A stretch of 63,381 bases of DNA, filler included, from Actinomycetota bacterium (lineage in GTDB: Bacteria > Actinomycetota > CADDZG01 > JAHWKV01 > JAOPZY01), in NCBI GenBank assembly GCA_025963875.1. It is 5 parts of 5 records of this genome, joined end to end, with 100 filler letters (N's around TTAATTAATTAA, not from the genome) between each part and the next. Parts side by side here need not be neighbours in the genome. Positions count along the whole stretch, not along the records: positions 1 to 29,570 come from JAOPZY010000152.1; positions 29,671 to 44,925 come from JAOPZY010000209.1; 3 more parts are not named here. One strand, 5' to 3'. The notes under the pieces were generated by a model, which was given only the letters and a program-made list of their open reading frames with translations, was not told where the DNA came from and made no database searches. Position 1 is the first letter of the stretch; each line of letters opens with the position of its first letter. Positions 25,242-34,021 of the stretch are shown piece after piece. The position numbers and the translations under genes are program-made.

Positions 25242-26485
25242 AGGAGGAGGTCTCCCGCCTGGTCGGGGAGGCGGCGAACGAGGCCCGCCGGGCCACGGGC
25301 GACATGGCCCGGGCGACCGACGGCCAGATCGAGAACGCCCTCGGCGCCATCGCGGGCCGCCTCACCTCCGAGGCGGCGGCGCTCCTGGCCGCCAACAAGG
25401 AGGACATGGACGGCGCCCAGACGACCCTGTCCTCGGGGGGCCTCGACCGGCTCCGCCTGGACGAGATCCGCCTCGCGGGCATCGCCCGTCAGGTGCGGGC
25501 CCTGGCGGCGCTGCCCCCGCTGGAGCGCATCGCGGGGCACCGGATGCTCGACAACGGGCTCGAGCTGGAGGAGCGGCGGGTGCCCGTGGGCGTCATCGGC
25601 GCCAACTACGAGGCCCGCCCGAACGTCACGATCGACTTCGCCACCCAGCTCGTCAAATCCCGCAACGCCGGGGTGCTCCGCACCGGAGGGGCCAGCCTGC
25701 GCAGCGCCGCGGCGCTGGTCGACCTGGTGATCGCTCCCGGGCTCGCCGAGGCCGGCCTCAGGCCCGAGGCGATCCAGCTCGTGCGCACGGCGGACCGCGA
25801 GGCGGCGGAGGCGCTGGTGTCGTTCCCCGCCGCCATCCCGCTCGTGATCCTCCGGGGGTCGGGCGAGACGACCGCGGCGCTGGCCCGCCTGGCCGCGGAG
25901 CGGGGGGTCCGGACCCTTGCCCACGCGGACGGGGGAGGGGTCCTGTACGTCGAGGAGAGCGCCGACCGGTCGATGGCGCTGCGCCTCATCGAGGCCAGCC
26001 TCGACCGGCTCGGGGTCTGCAACCGCCTGAACCTCCTCCTGATCGACGACATGATCTGGGACTCGTTCCTGCCCAGCGTCCTGACGCTGTTCGCCTCGCT
26101 GGGCATCGACGCCTCCCTGCCGCCGCACTCGCATCGGCTCGGCTACGAGTGGGCAAACGACCCCGAACGGGATGCCACGGTCACCGTCGCCCGGGGCGGA
26201 GCGCCGGAGGCGGCAGCCACGCTCGCCAGCGAGGAAACGTCCGGCCTGGCGGCGGCGATCGTGACCGACGACGAGGATGCCGCGTCGATGTTCATCGACG
26301 CCTACCGGGGTACGGGGGCCTTCTGGAACGCCTCAACCCGCTGGCTGGACGGCTTCGAGCTGACGGCGGCGCCGGAGACGGGGATCAACGTCGACCGGGT
26401 ACCGGGCCCGCGGGGGCCGGTCACCTACCGGGACCTATACCTCCGCCAGTACGTGGTGAAAGGCGACGGCACGCAGCACCGGTAG
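25238..26485 (+). CDS. proA: Gamma-glutamyl phosphate reductase
   Basis: VPVGVIGANYEARPNVT, GVCN, NASTRWLDG, PRGPV. Confidence 0.88.
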   Translation: MKEEVSRLVGEAANEARRATGDMARATDGQIENALGAIAGRLTSEAAALLAANKEDMDGAQTTLSSGGLDRLRLDEIRLAGIARQVRALAALPPLERIAGHRMLDNGLELEERRVPVGVIGANYEARPNVTIDFATQLVKSRNAGVLRTGGASLRSAAALVDLVIAPGLAEAGLRPEAIQLVRTADREAAEALVSFPAAIPLVILRGSGETTAALARLAAERGVRTLAHADGGGVLYVEESADRSMALRLIEASLDRLGVCNRLNLLLIDDMIWDSFLPSVLTLFASLGIDASLPPHSHRLGYEWANDPERDATVTVARGGAPEAAATLASEETSGLAAAIVTDDEDAASMFIDAYRGTGAFWNASTRWLDGFELTAAPETGINVDRVPGPRGPVTYRDLYLRQYVVKGDGTQHR

Positions 26486-26499
26486 CCGGGGGGACTGGG

Positions 26500-26549
26500 C
26501 GAAGTCCGGTAAAAAACGCGTGTATACACGCGATAAATTCCGGACTTCG
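26500..26549. repeat. REP-like palindrome / bidirectional terminator
   Basis: CGAAGTCCGG...CGCGTGTATACACGCG...CCGGACTTCG between convergent genes. Confidence 0.65.
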
Positions 26550-26557
26550 TTGCGCCT

Positions 26558-26887
26558 TCAGTCCGGGACTGCGACGAAGACCTTGCCGTCCTGGATCGTG
26601 ACGTCGTAGAGCTTGACCTCCTTGCGGGCCGGCCCTCGGACGACGGCTCCGGTGCGGACGTCGAAGACCGAGTTGTGCCACGGGCATTCGACGAAGCAGC
26701 CCTCCTTCAGCCGGGTGTCACCGAGGGGGCCTCCGGCGTGCGAGCACGAGTTCTCCATCGCATAGACGCCGTCGTCGTTGTGCGCCACCGCCAACTCGCG
26801 GCTGCCGACCCGCACCTTGAGCACCCAGCCCGACGGCACGTCGGCGAGCGCCGCTACCTGCACGAGGCGGGGTGCGCTCACACTCAT
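26558..26887 (-). CDS. Rieske 2Fe-2S ferredoxin
   Basis: CSHAGGPL...ECPWHNSVFD; ATGA overlap. Confidence 0.92.
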   Translation of the reverse strand: MSVSAPRLVQVAALADVPSGWVLKVRVGSRELAVAHNDDGVYAMENSCSHAGGPLGDTRLKEGCFVECPWHNSVFDVRTGAVVRGPARKEVKLYDVTIQDGKVFVAVPD

Positions 26888-28563
26888 GCGCCCACCACCA
26901 TCGGCACGCGGGAGTCGGACACGGCCACGGGCTCGGAAGGCAGACCCGGCTCCGGCTCCGGCCCCTGCTCCCACCGTCCGCGGAACACGGCGGCGATCTG
27001 GGCCTGGAACGCCTCGAGGCCGTAGCGGGCCACCGTGTCGCTCAGCGTCTCCCGCCGTTCCCGCAGGGCCTCCCAGACCCCGACGATGGCGGTCAGGATG
27101 GCGGAGACGTCGCCGTCGGCCACCCGACCCACCACTTCGGCGAGCGTCCCGGCGTGGAGGTCACCGCCCAGCCACACCTGGTAGCCCAGCATCGACGTGC
27201 CGTGGATGGTGACCCTGCCGCCGGAGAAGCCGACATCGGCGATCTGGTGCTGGGCGCAGGAGTTGGGACATCCGGAGACGTGCACCCGCAACCCGGCGTT
27301 GCGGGCCAGGGCGGGGTGGTGGATCAGCTCCGCACCCAGGCGTGGGGCGGCGGTGAGGGCCAGCGAGCACACGGGTCCGCCGGTGCAGACCCTGACGTCT
27401 GTTGCCTGGTCGGCGTCCTCGAGCCCGAGGCCCAGCGCCTTCAGCGTCGTGCGGACGAAGGGGACGTCCTCGATGCGGACGTGGCGGAACATGGCGTTCT
27501 GGTTCCGTGTGAAATAGAGGTGCTCGTCGCCGACCGTGTCGGCAAGGGTGGCCAGCTCACGGAAATCCTCGGTGTCGAGGTCCCCGAGCGGCACGTTGAC
27601 CGTCACCATGGCCCAGCCTGGAACGCGCTGGGGACGGACGCCGCTCCCCCACCCACCCTCGGGGGCCCGGGCGAGAACGGCCGCGATCGACGACGACAGC
27701 GGCGTCGAAACCGGCTGCGGATGGGCCCACGGCTGCAGCTTGGCGCGCTCGAACTCCTCGAGGAACAGCCGGTGGACCTCTTCCTGACCCCGGCGCCGCA
27801 TCAGGATCTTGAGCCTGGCCTTTCCCGGCTGGTCGAAGTCCGAATACTTGATGTGGAGGTTGAAGAGCGCGTTGCCGGCCGCCAGCACTTCGGTGCGGGG
27901 CACGAAGTCGATGGCCTTGAACGCCAGCGTCGACGCGGACTTGCCGAGGCTGCCGGCGATCCAGCATTCGTAACCCAGCTCGCCCTCGGGGGTCACGACC
28001 GACACGAACGAGAGGTCGTTCACCTTGGCGTGGTCGCGGCAGGCCGCACACCCACCGAACGCGACGTTGATGCGCTGGGGCATCTTGGTGTCCAGCTCAG
28101 GGGTCCTGCTGAGGATGGAGTCCTGCAGCATGCGGGCGTCGGGATAGCAGTCGAAGGGCTCCTCGAGGCCGACCCCGGCATCGGGACACGACATGACCCC
28201 GCGCATGGTGTGGCCGCACGTCGAGCGGGTGGTGAGCCCGAGGCGGCGGATCTGCTCGAGGACCGTGGTGACGTCGCGGGAGTGCACGTGGTGCAGCTGG
28301 ACCTGCTGGCGGGTCGTCAGGTGGATCCATCCGCCCGCGTAGTCGTCCGCGATGCGTGCCAGACCGCGGGCAGCGTCGGAGTCGAGGACACCCCCCGCGC
28401 GGATGCGGACCATGAACACGTCCGGCTGCGCCTGCGCGCAGAGGCCGTGCATCTTCAGGGCGTAGCGCTCCTCGCCGGACAGCCACTCGTCCCCCTCTGC
28501 CGTCAGGCGGTCCAGGTCCACCGGCAGGCCGGCGCGCTTGGCGCCGGGGATGTCGGGGGCCAC
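26884..28563 (-). CDS. Ferredoxin-dependent nitrite/sulfite reductase (NirA/SirA-like)
   Basis: FMVRIR, LTTRQQVQ, TRNQN, CTGGPVC and SGCPNSC siroheme/4Fe-4S motifs. Confidence 0.9.
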   Translation of the reverse strand: MAPDIPGAKRAGLPVDLDRLTAEGDEWLSGEERYALKMHGLCAQAQPDVFMVRIRAGGVLDSDAARGLARIADDYAGGWIHLTTRQQVQLHHVHSRDVTTVLEQIRRLGLTTRSTCGHTMRGVMSCPDAGVGLEEPFDCYPDARMLQDSILSRTPELDTKMPQRINVAFGGCAACRDHAKVNDLSFVSVVTPEGELGYECWIAGSLGKSASTLAFKAIDFVPRTEVLAAGNALFNLHIKYSDFDQPGKARLKILMRRRGQEEVHRLFLEEFERAKLQPWAHPQPVSTPLSSSIAAVLARAPEGGWGSGVRPQRVPGWAMVTVNVPLGDLDTEDFRELATLADTVGDEHLYFTRNQNAMFRHVRIEDVPFVRTTLKALGLGLEDADQATDVRVCTGGPVCSLALTAAPRLGAELIHHPALARNAGLRVHVSGCPNSCAQHQIADVGFSGGRVTIHGTSMLGYQVWLGGDLHAGTLAEVVGRVADGDVSAILTAIVGVWEALRERRETLSDTVARYGLEAFQAQIAAVFRGRWEQGPEPEPGLPSEPVAVSDSRVPMVVGA

Positions 28564-28826
28564 TAGACCGCCTCGGAGGGGGCGCGCGCCGGACGGAGCT
28601 CCCGGACGAGCCTGATCGCCTTGAACTGGCACTGGGAGTGCCAGTCACCGTCGGGGTGGTAGAGCTTCACGTACATGTCGTGCGCCTGGCACCAGCCGAA
28701 GCCCCGGCCTTCGGGATCGGCATCGAATTTGGCGCAGTCCCGGCAGTCCCGAGGCGGGACGCCGCGCTGGCGGAGCACCTCGCCGAGGGTCATGCGGTCG
28801 TCGAGCTTCTTGGCGGGCTCACTCAT
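28563..28826 (-). CDS. Small 4-Cys protein (possible 4Fe-4S carrier)
   Basis: 87 aa, CRDC-x14-C-x19-C; GAGG RBS; overlaps both neighbours. Confidence 0.75.
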   Translation of the reverse strand: MSEPAKKLDDRMTLGEVLRQRGVPPRDCRDCAKFDADPEGRGFGWCQAHDMYVKLYHPDGDWHSQCQFKAIRLVRELRPARAPSEAV

Positions 28827-29424
28827 GGCGGTACCTCTCGTCTCGGATGGACTCGTCCAGGTGATCGAGGACGTCCTGCGGGATGTCACCGTGGGGATCG
28901 CCGACGAGGGTCTCCCAGAACCCGGGCGTGAATTCTTCGATCAAGGTCAGCCGGGACACCCATTTCACACCCTTGTAGCCCCACTTCGTGGGCGGCGGAA
29001 CCAGCCGCAGAGGGCCTCCGTGCTCTGCGCTCAGTTCTGCACCGTCGAGGCGCCACGCGAGCAGGCTCCTCCGGGCACGGTTGAGGGAGAAACAGCTCGT
29101 GTAGCCGTTGCCCACGGAGGAGACCATGACGAACCTCGCCTCCGGCAACGGGCGGGCCGAGTCGATCACCCTGGCGACGGGAACGCCCTCCCAGGCCAGT
29201 CCGAGCCGGGTCCATCCCCAGACGCAGTGCAGGTCCCAGACCCGCCGTTCCGAGGCCATGGCCCGGATGGCGTCGACTGGCCAGGACAGGGACTCGGTCA
29301 CGAGCCCGTCGACGACGAGATCCCACCCAGCTCCCGGGATCTCGGGCTCCAGATGCAGGATCGGCAGGCCGTCGGTCCGGCGCTGGACGCGCGTCCCCGG
29401 CTCCACATTTTGCTGAATCCCCAT
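28819..29424 (-). CDS. Sulfite-oxidase-family molybdopterin oxidoreductase (Moco domain only)
   Basis: DLHCVWGWT, WEGV, EHGGPLRLV, GYKGVKWV, GFWE. Confidence 0.88.
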   Translation of the reverse strand: MGIQQNVEPGTRVQRRTDGLPILHLEPEIPGAGWDLVVDGLVTESLSWPVDAIRAMASERRVWDLHCVWGWTRLGLAWEGVPVARVIDSARPLPEARFVMVSSVGNGYTSCFSLNRARRSLLAWRLDGAELSAEHGGPLRLVPPPTKWGYKGVKWVSRLTLIEEFTPGFWETLVGDPHGDIPQDVLDHLDESIRDERYRHE

Positions 29425-29446
29425 ATCTGCAAGGTATCCGCGCCGT

Positions 29447-29506
29447 GTTACGCGCCAATGAGCTTGCTGTTAAGCCGCTGTTTCCGAATGATTTCGTGGC
29501 GGTTAC
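29447..29506 (-). promoter_or_regulatory. GlnR-box-like array
   Basis: Minus strand GTAAC-n6-GAAAT-n6-GAAAC-n6-TTAAC-n6-CTCAT-n6-GTAAC, exact 11-bp phase, upstream of a TACCTT -10. Confidence 0.7.
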
Positions 29507-29570
29507 CGACGGGCGAGCGCCGCGAAGGTGGGCTCGGATTCCACGGCCGCCGGAGACGGCCGCAGGAAGT

Positions 29571-29670
29571 NNNNNNNNNNNNNNNNNNNNNNNNNNNNNN
29601 NNNNNNNNNNNNNNTTAATTAATTAANNNNNNNNNNNNNNNNNNNNNNNNNNNNNNNNNNNNNNNNNNNN
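29571..29670. other. Artificial contig linker
   Basis: N run with TTAATTAATTAA six-frame stop. Confidence 0.98.
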
Positions 29671-29823
29671 CCGGACATAGGCCGGACAGAGGCCGGACAA
29701 AACGGGGGCGGACGGACACGACGCCGGGTGGAAGGACGGAACGGGTAGGGTGGGGTGCGTCCGACTGCCGGGAGGGACCGTGGGTAGGGCGTCGTGCCCC
29801 CGCGGGTGCGCTGGGGACCATCG

Positions 29824-31044
29824 ATGACGAGCGAAACCACCCCCTCTCCCCGCCGGAGCCGGGTTCCCTACCGCGTGATCCTCGCGGCGATCTGGCTCAC
29901 CATCGCCAGCGTCGCAAGCCTCGGCCTCCTCTACCGGCTGCACGACGTGGTCTTCGACCTCGTGCTCGCCGCGTTCATCGCCCTGGTGCTCAACCCGGTG
30001 GTCAACCAGCTGCAGCGGATCGGGATGGGGCGGGGCCCGGCGATCCTCGCCGCCGTCGCCGTCTTCTTCCTGATCTTCGTCGGGCTCGGCGCCGCCGTGG
30101 CGGCTCCGATCACGAGCCAGGGGGTGAAGTTCGCCAAGCAGGCGCCCCAGTACCTGAAGCAGGCCCAGGAGGGCAAGGGGCCGGTGGGGGCCTTCGCCAA
30201 GCGCTTCCATCTCGAGAATCAGCTGCGCAAGGCGGTCCCTGCCATCTCCAGGTCCCTCTCGCGGCTCCCCATCCAGGTCGTGGGCGTGCTCCGCTCCGCG
30301 GCCACAACCGCGTTCCGGGTGGCGATCGTCATCATCCTGGCCATCTTCATGCTGGTCGAAGGGCCGGCCCTGGTCGGGGCCTTCATGGCCGGGGTGCCCC
30401 CCGGCAAGAAGGATTCGATGCAGGCGATCGGCCAGACCACGGCCCGCGTGGTGAGCGGCTACACCATCGGCGTGGTGGCGCTGGGCTTCCTCAACGGGCT
30501 GGTGACGGCGCTCGCCCTGGCGGTGATGGGGGTCCCTTTCGTCTCGTCGCTGGCGGTCTGGGCGGGGGTCGTCGACGTCCTGCCGATCATCGGGGGCCTC
30601 ATCGGGATCGTGCCGGCTGGGCTGTTCGCCTTCGCCCACTCGGTCGTCGCCGGCATCGTGGTCGTGGCCGTCATGTTCGGCTACCAGCAGGTGAAGAACC
30701 ACGTGCTCTACCCGCTCGCGGTCGGGCGCGCCGTGCAGCTCAATGCCCTGATCGTGCTGGTGGCGGTGCTCGCCGGGTCGACCCTCATGGGGATCGCCGG
30801 GGCGCTCCTGGCGATCCCCATCGCGGGGGCGCTGCACGCCATCATCGTGGAGTTCGCACCCGCCCCGGTGCGCATGTTCCTGCGCCATCCCGAGCTTTCG
30901 GACTCCCCCTCCGACGTCGCCCCGGAAGCCGCCCGCGAGGCCGCCGGGACGACCGCCGACGAGGGGCTCCTCACGCCTGGCCCGGACGGTCAGGCCCCGG
31001 GTTCGGCTCCCAAGGCCCGTCGGCGGCGTCGAAGGAGAAGGTGA
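29824..31044 (+). CDS. AI-2E family transporter
   Basis: ALVLNPVV, LPIIGG, NHVLYP..GRAVQLN, GALLAIP. Confidence 0.9.
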   Translation: MTSETTPSPRRSRVPYRVILAAIWLTIASVASLGLLYRLHDVVFDLVLAAFIALVLNPVVNQLQRIGMGRGPAILAAVAVFFLIFVGLGAAVAAPITSQGVKFAKQAPQYLKQAQEGKGPVGAFAKRFHLENQLRKAVPAISRSLSRLPIQVVGVLRSAATTAFRVAIVIILAIFMLVEGPALVGAFMAGVPPGKKDSMQAIGQTTARVVSGYTIGVVALGFLNGLVTALALAVMGVPFVSSLAVWAGVVDVLPIIGGLIGIVPAGLFAFAHSVVAGIVVVAVMFGYQQVKNHVLYPLAVGRAVQLNALIVLVAVLAGSTLMGIAGALLAIPIAGALHAIIVEFAPAPVRMFLRHPELSDSPSDVAPEAAREAAGTTADEGLLTPGPDGQAPGSAPKARRRRRRRR

Positions 31045-31075
31045 GCAACGCCATGCCCACTCTCAGGCATATCCG

Positions 31076-31101
31076 GGAACCCCTCACGCCAGTCCGGCGT
31101 T
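31076..31101 (+). promoter_or_regulatory. SigE/SigH-type ECF promoter
   Basis: GGAAC-n17-CGTT ending 4 nt before the sigma ATG. Confidence 0.7.
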
Positions 31102-31105
31102 TCCA

Positions 31106-31690
31106 ATGAGTTCACAGCGTGCAAACCTTTCTCGAGACGCCGGGTCGCTCCAGGCGGCCCCGGAGAAGGTGCCGACATGGGAAGAGGTCGCGGCCGAGCA
31201 TGGAAGGTTCGTGTACTCCCTTGCCTACCGTCTGACCGGCAGCGCCGCCGACGCGGAGGACCTGGCCCAGGACGTCCTCCTGCGGGTCAGGACCGCCCTG
31301 GCGCGGTACCGGCCGGGATCGCTGGAGGGATGGCTCCTCAGGATCACGACGAACCTGTTCTACGACCGGATGCGGCACCGGGCGCGGCACCCCACCGAGC
31401 CGCTCGACGACCTCGACGATCGGGGCGACATCGGACTGCCGTCCGGTTCTCCCTCACCGGAGGACACCGCCCTGTACGGCGAGCTGCGCTCGGTCGTCCA
31501 GGAGGCCCTGCGTGGCCTGCCCTACCAGTTCAAGGTGGCGGTGCTCCTGTGCGACCTCTACCAGATGAGCTACGAGGAGATCGGTTCCACCATGGGGTGG
31601 CGGCTGGGGACGGTCCGCTCGCGGATCCATCGCGGCCGGGCGATGCTGCGGAAGCGCCTTGCGCCATACATCGAGGCCGCCGAGGCCTGA
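31106..31690 (+). CDS. sigE: ECF sigma factor SigE-like
   Basis: PTWEEV, YSLAYRLTG, YRPGSLEGWLLRITTNLF, LGTVRSRIHRGR. Confidence 0.85.
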   Translation: MSSQRANLSRDAGSLQAAPEKVPTWEEVAAEHGRFVYSLAYRLTGSAADAEDLAQDVLLRVRTALARYRPGSLEGWLLRITTNLFYDRMRHRARHPTEPLDDLDDRGDIGLPSGSPSPEDTALYGELRSVVQEALRGLPYQFKVAVLLCDLYQMSYEEIGSTMGWRLGTVRSRIHRGRAMLRKRLAPYIEAAEA

Positions 31691-31726
31691 CAGGAGGGGC
31701 GGCGTCGTGCCGCCGGAGCATGGCCC

Positions 31727-32179
31727 ATGTCCGAGCTGTCTGAGCGGCATCCCCGGGGCAGGGAGCTGAGCTCCTGCCTCGACGGCGGCCTGTCCCGACG
31801 CCGCGCCGAGGCGGTGGCCCGCCACGTGGAGACCTGCCCGGCCTGTGCCCGCGAGCTTGCGGCGCTGCGAGACGTCAAGTCCGCCCTGGCGAGCCAGCAG
31901 GAGGTGCAGGCCCGACCCGGATGGCTGCGACAGGTGCAGGAGGAGGTGGCGGCGGGCACGCGGCCGTCCTCGACCTCGTGGATCCGGGTCCGCCTGCGGC
32001 TACGCCTGGCGGCCGGGATCGCCGCCGCGGCGGGGGGGCTGGTGGGCGTCGGGCTGTGGCTCGCGCCGCCGCCGGCGGCGCCGGTGTCGTTCCAGGACGA
32101 GGTGCGACAGCACCTGGTGCAGATCAGCAACCCCCTGGGCGACCAGACCAGCTACGTCGTCGAGGCCAGGTACCCATGA
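31727..32179 (+). CDS. Anti-sigma factor (zf-HC2, RseA-like)
   Basis: HVETCPAC motif plus TM helix. Confidence 0.85.
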   Translation: MSELSERHPRGRELSSCLDGGLSRRRAEAVARHVETCPACARELAALRDVKSALASQQEVQARPGWLRQVQEEVAAGTRPSSTSWIRVRLRLRLAAGIAAAAGGLVGVGLWLAPPPAAPVSFQDEVRQHLVQISNPLGDQTSYVVEARYP

Positions 32180-33315
32180 GCGGCTGGCACTGGCCGGAGG
32201 GTCGGTTCTGGCCGGCGCTGGCGGCATCCGCGGTGGCGGTGACACTGATCGGCGCTGCCGCCCCGGCCGCCGCCCGAACCTGCGTGGTCCCGGGGGGTTC
32301 CGGCAACGACCCGGCAGCGGTGTCGTTGATGGACCTCACGGCGAAGGCCTCCCGGTCGGGCGGCTACGCGGGCACCGTGTCGGTCGAGGTCCACGGACAG
32401 GGGGGCACGAGGTCGGCAGAGCTGCGCGTCGTCCACGCCGACGCCGGCCACCTCGTCATCGAGGCCCCCGACCCGCCCGGGCCGGCCACGGGGTCGCTGC
32501 TCGTCCAGGAGGGCCGGAGCCGGTCCGTCGTGCGCGTGGGGCAGGGTTCGGTCAACCGGGGCCAGACCGCCCTGGCGAACGACGTCGAGCCGGACAGCAA
32601 CCTCCAGCAGCTGCTCGGCAAGTACCGCGTCCTGCTGGAGGGCGGGGTCCGGGTGTTGCAGCGAGACGCCAAGGTGGTGCGCATCGAACGCATCGCCGAC
32701 GACCGGCTGGTGGAGCGCTGGACGATCGAAGCGACAACCGGGCTGCTGCTGAAGCGGGAGAGCTACGACGCCGCGGGCATGGTGGAACGATCGATTGCCT
32801 TCACCGAGGTCCGGGAGCCGTATGTCCCGACCGTCGAGGACGTGCATCCCCCCACCCAGGCCGGCCCCTCTTCGGCGGCGCCGCAGCGGTGGTTCTCGGG
32901 CAGCGAGCTGTCCCGCCAGGCGAAGGCCCTTGGCATGCCAGAAAGCCTGCCGGCGGGCTACCGGCTGGAGTCGGGCACGACGTTCAAGGCAGGGGCCGCC
33001 TCGGTCGTACAACTCGTCTACTCCGACGGCCTCGAGGACGTGAGCCTGTTCGCCCAGCCAGGAAGCATGGCCCGGTCCGGCCTGCCGGCAAGCGCCCGCA
33101 ACGTGCGCCTGAGCAGGGTGGACGGCCTCCGGTGGGAGGGCTTCCCCCGGGGCGTCGCGTGGCAGGACGGGCAGAGCACGCTCACGCTCGTGGGGGCTGC
33201 TCCGACCGACGAGCTGACGCAGATGGCGAACGCCCTGCCGCAGGCCCCGCTCCGGCGATCGTTGCGCCAGCGCATGGGCCATCTCGTCGATTGGATGCAG
33301 CACCGCCTCCCTTGA
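32176..33315 (+). CDS. MucB/RseB-like exported sigma-E regulator
   Basis: Signal peptide, TGLLLKRESYD, LPAGYRL, LVYSDGL..VSLF. Confidence 0.78.
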   Translation: MSGWHWPEGRFWPALAASAVAVTLIGAAAPAAARTCVVPGGSGNDPAAVSLMDLTAKASRSGGYAGTVSVEVHGQGGTRSAELRVVHADAGHLVIEAPDPPGPATGSLLVQEGRSRSVVRVGQGSVNRGQTALANDVEPDSNLQQLLGKYRVLLEGGVRVLQRDAKVVRIERIADDRLVERWTIEATTGLLLKRESYDAAGMVERSIAFTEVREPYVPTVEDVHPPTQAGPSSAAPQRWFSGSELSRQAKALGMPESLPAGYRLESGTTFKAGAASVVQLVYSDGLEDVSLFAQPGSMARSGLPASARNVRLSRVDGLRWEGFPRGVAWQDGQSTLTLVGAAPTDELTQMANALPQAPLRRSLRQRMGHLVDWMQHRLP

Positions 33316-33343
33316 GTCAGTCGGGAGTCAGGCGGTGCCGGCG

Positions 33344-34021
33344 TCAGGCGTCCTCGGCCCAGCGGTAGCCCAGGCCCGGCTCGGTCAGGATCAGGCGGGG
33401 GTTGGAGGGATCCTCCTCCAGCTTGCGGCGGAGATGGCCGACGTGGACGCGGACGTTGGTCTCCTCCTGGTAGTCCGGCCCCCAGATCCTACTGAGGAGC
33501 CACCGCTGCGTCAGCAGCTTGCCCGGATGGGTGACGAAGGCGACGAGAAGCTGGTACTCGGTGGGGGTGAGGTGGACCTTGACGCCGTTGCGGGTGACCA
33601 GTTTCTTCTCGAGGTCGATCTCGACGTGGCCGAATCGGCGCAGCTTGGGGCGGGCGTCGTCCGGGGCAAACCGACGCAGCGTGGCCCGCATCCGGGCGAG
33701 CAGTTCCTCCATGTCGAATGGCTTGATGACGTAGTCGTCGGCGCCGCGGTCGAGGGCGGCGACCTTGTCCGACTGCGAGTCCCGGACGGTCAGCACGATC
33801 ACGGGTTGCGCGGCGAACGTCCGCAGCCGGGTGAGCACCTCGAGGCCGTCGAGGTCGGGCAGGCCGAGGTCCAGGATGACGAGGTCGACGCCGTCGGAGC
33901 GCAGGACGCCGAGCGCCGTGGTGCCGTCGTTGGCGGCCAGCACCTCGTAGCCGCGGGCCTGCAGGCTCGTGCGGAGCGTGCGCACGATCTGGCGATCGTC
34001 CTCGACAACAAGCACCCTCAA
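33344..34021 (-). CDS. kdpE: KdpE-like OmpR-family response regulator
   Basis: VVEDD, ILDLGLPDLDG, KVAALDRGADDY, HLTPTEY, RRKLEEDPSNPRLILTEPGLGYR. Confidence 0.85.
   Translation of the reverse strand: MRVLVVEDDRQIVRTLRTSLQARGYEVLAANDGTTALGVLRSDGVDLVILDLGLPDLDGLEVLTRLRTFAAQPVIVLTVRDSQSDKVAALDRGADDYVIKPFDMEELLARMRATLRRFAPDDARPKLRRFGHVEIDLEKKLVTRNGVKVHLTPTEYQLLVAFVTHPGKLLTQRWLLSRIWGPDYQEETNVRVHVGHLRRKLEEDPSNPRLILTEPGLGYRWAEDA

Noticed and set aside
29571..29670. TTAATTAATTAA repeated four times as a biological repeat
   Set aside because: Assembly spacer embedded in Ns
29671..29700. 11-bp repeat GGCCGGACA(T/G)A
   Set aside because: Short, at a contig edge, and cannot be interpreted
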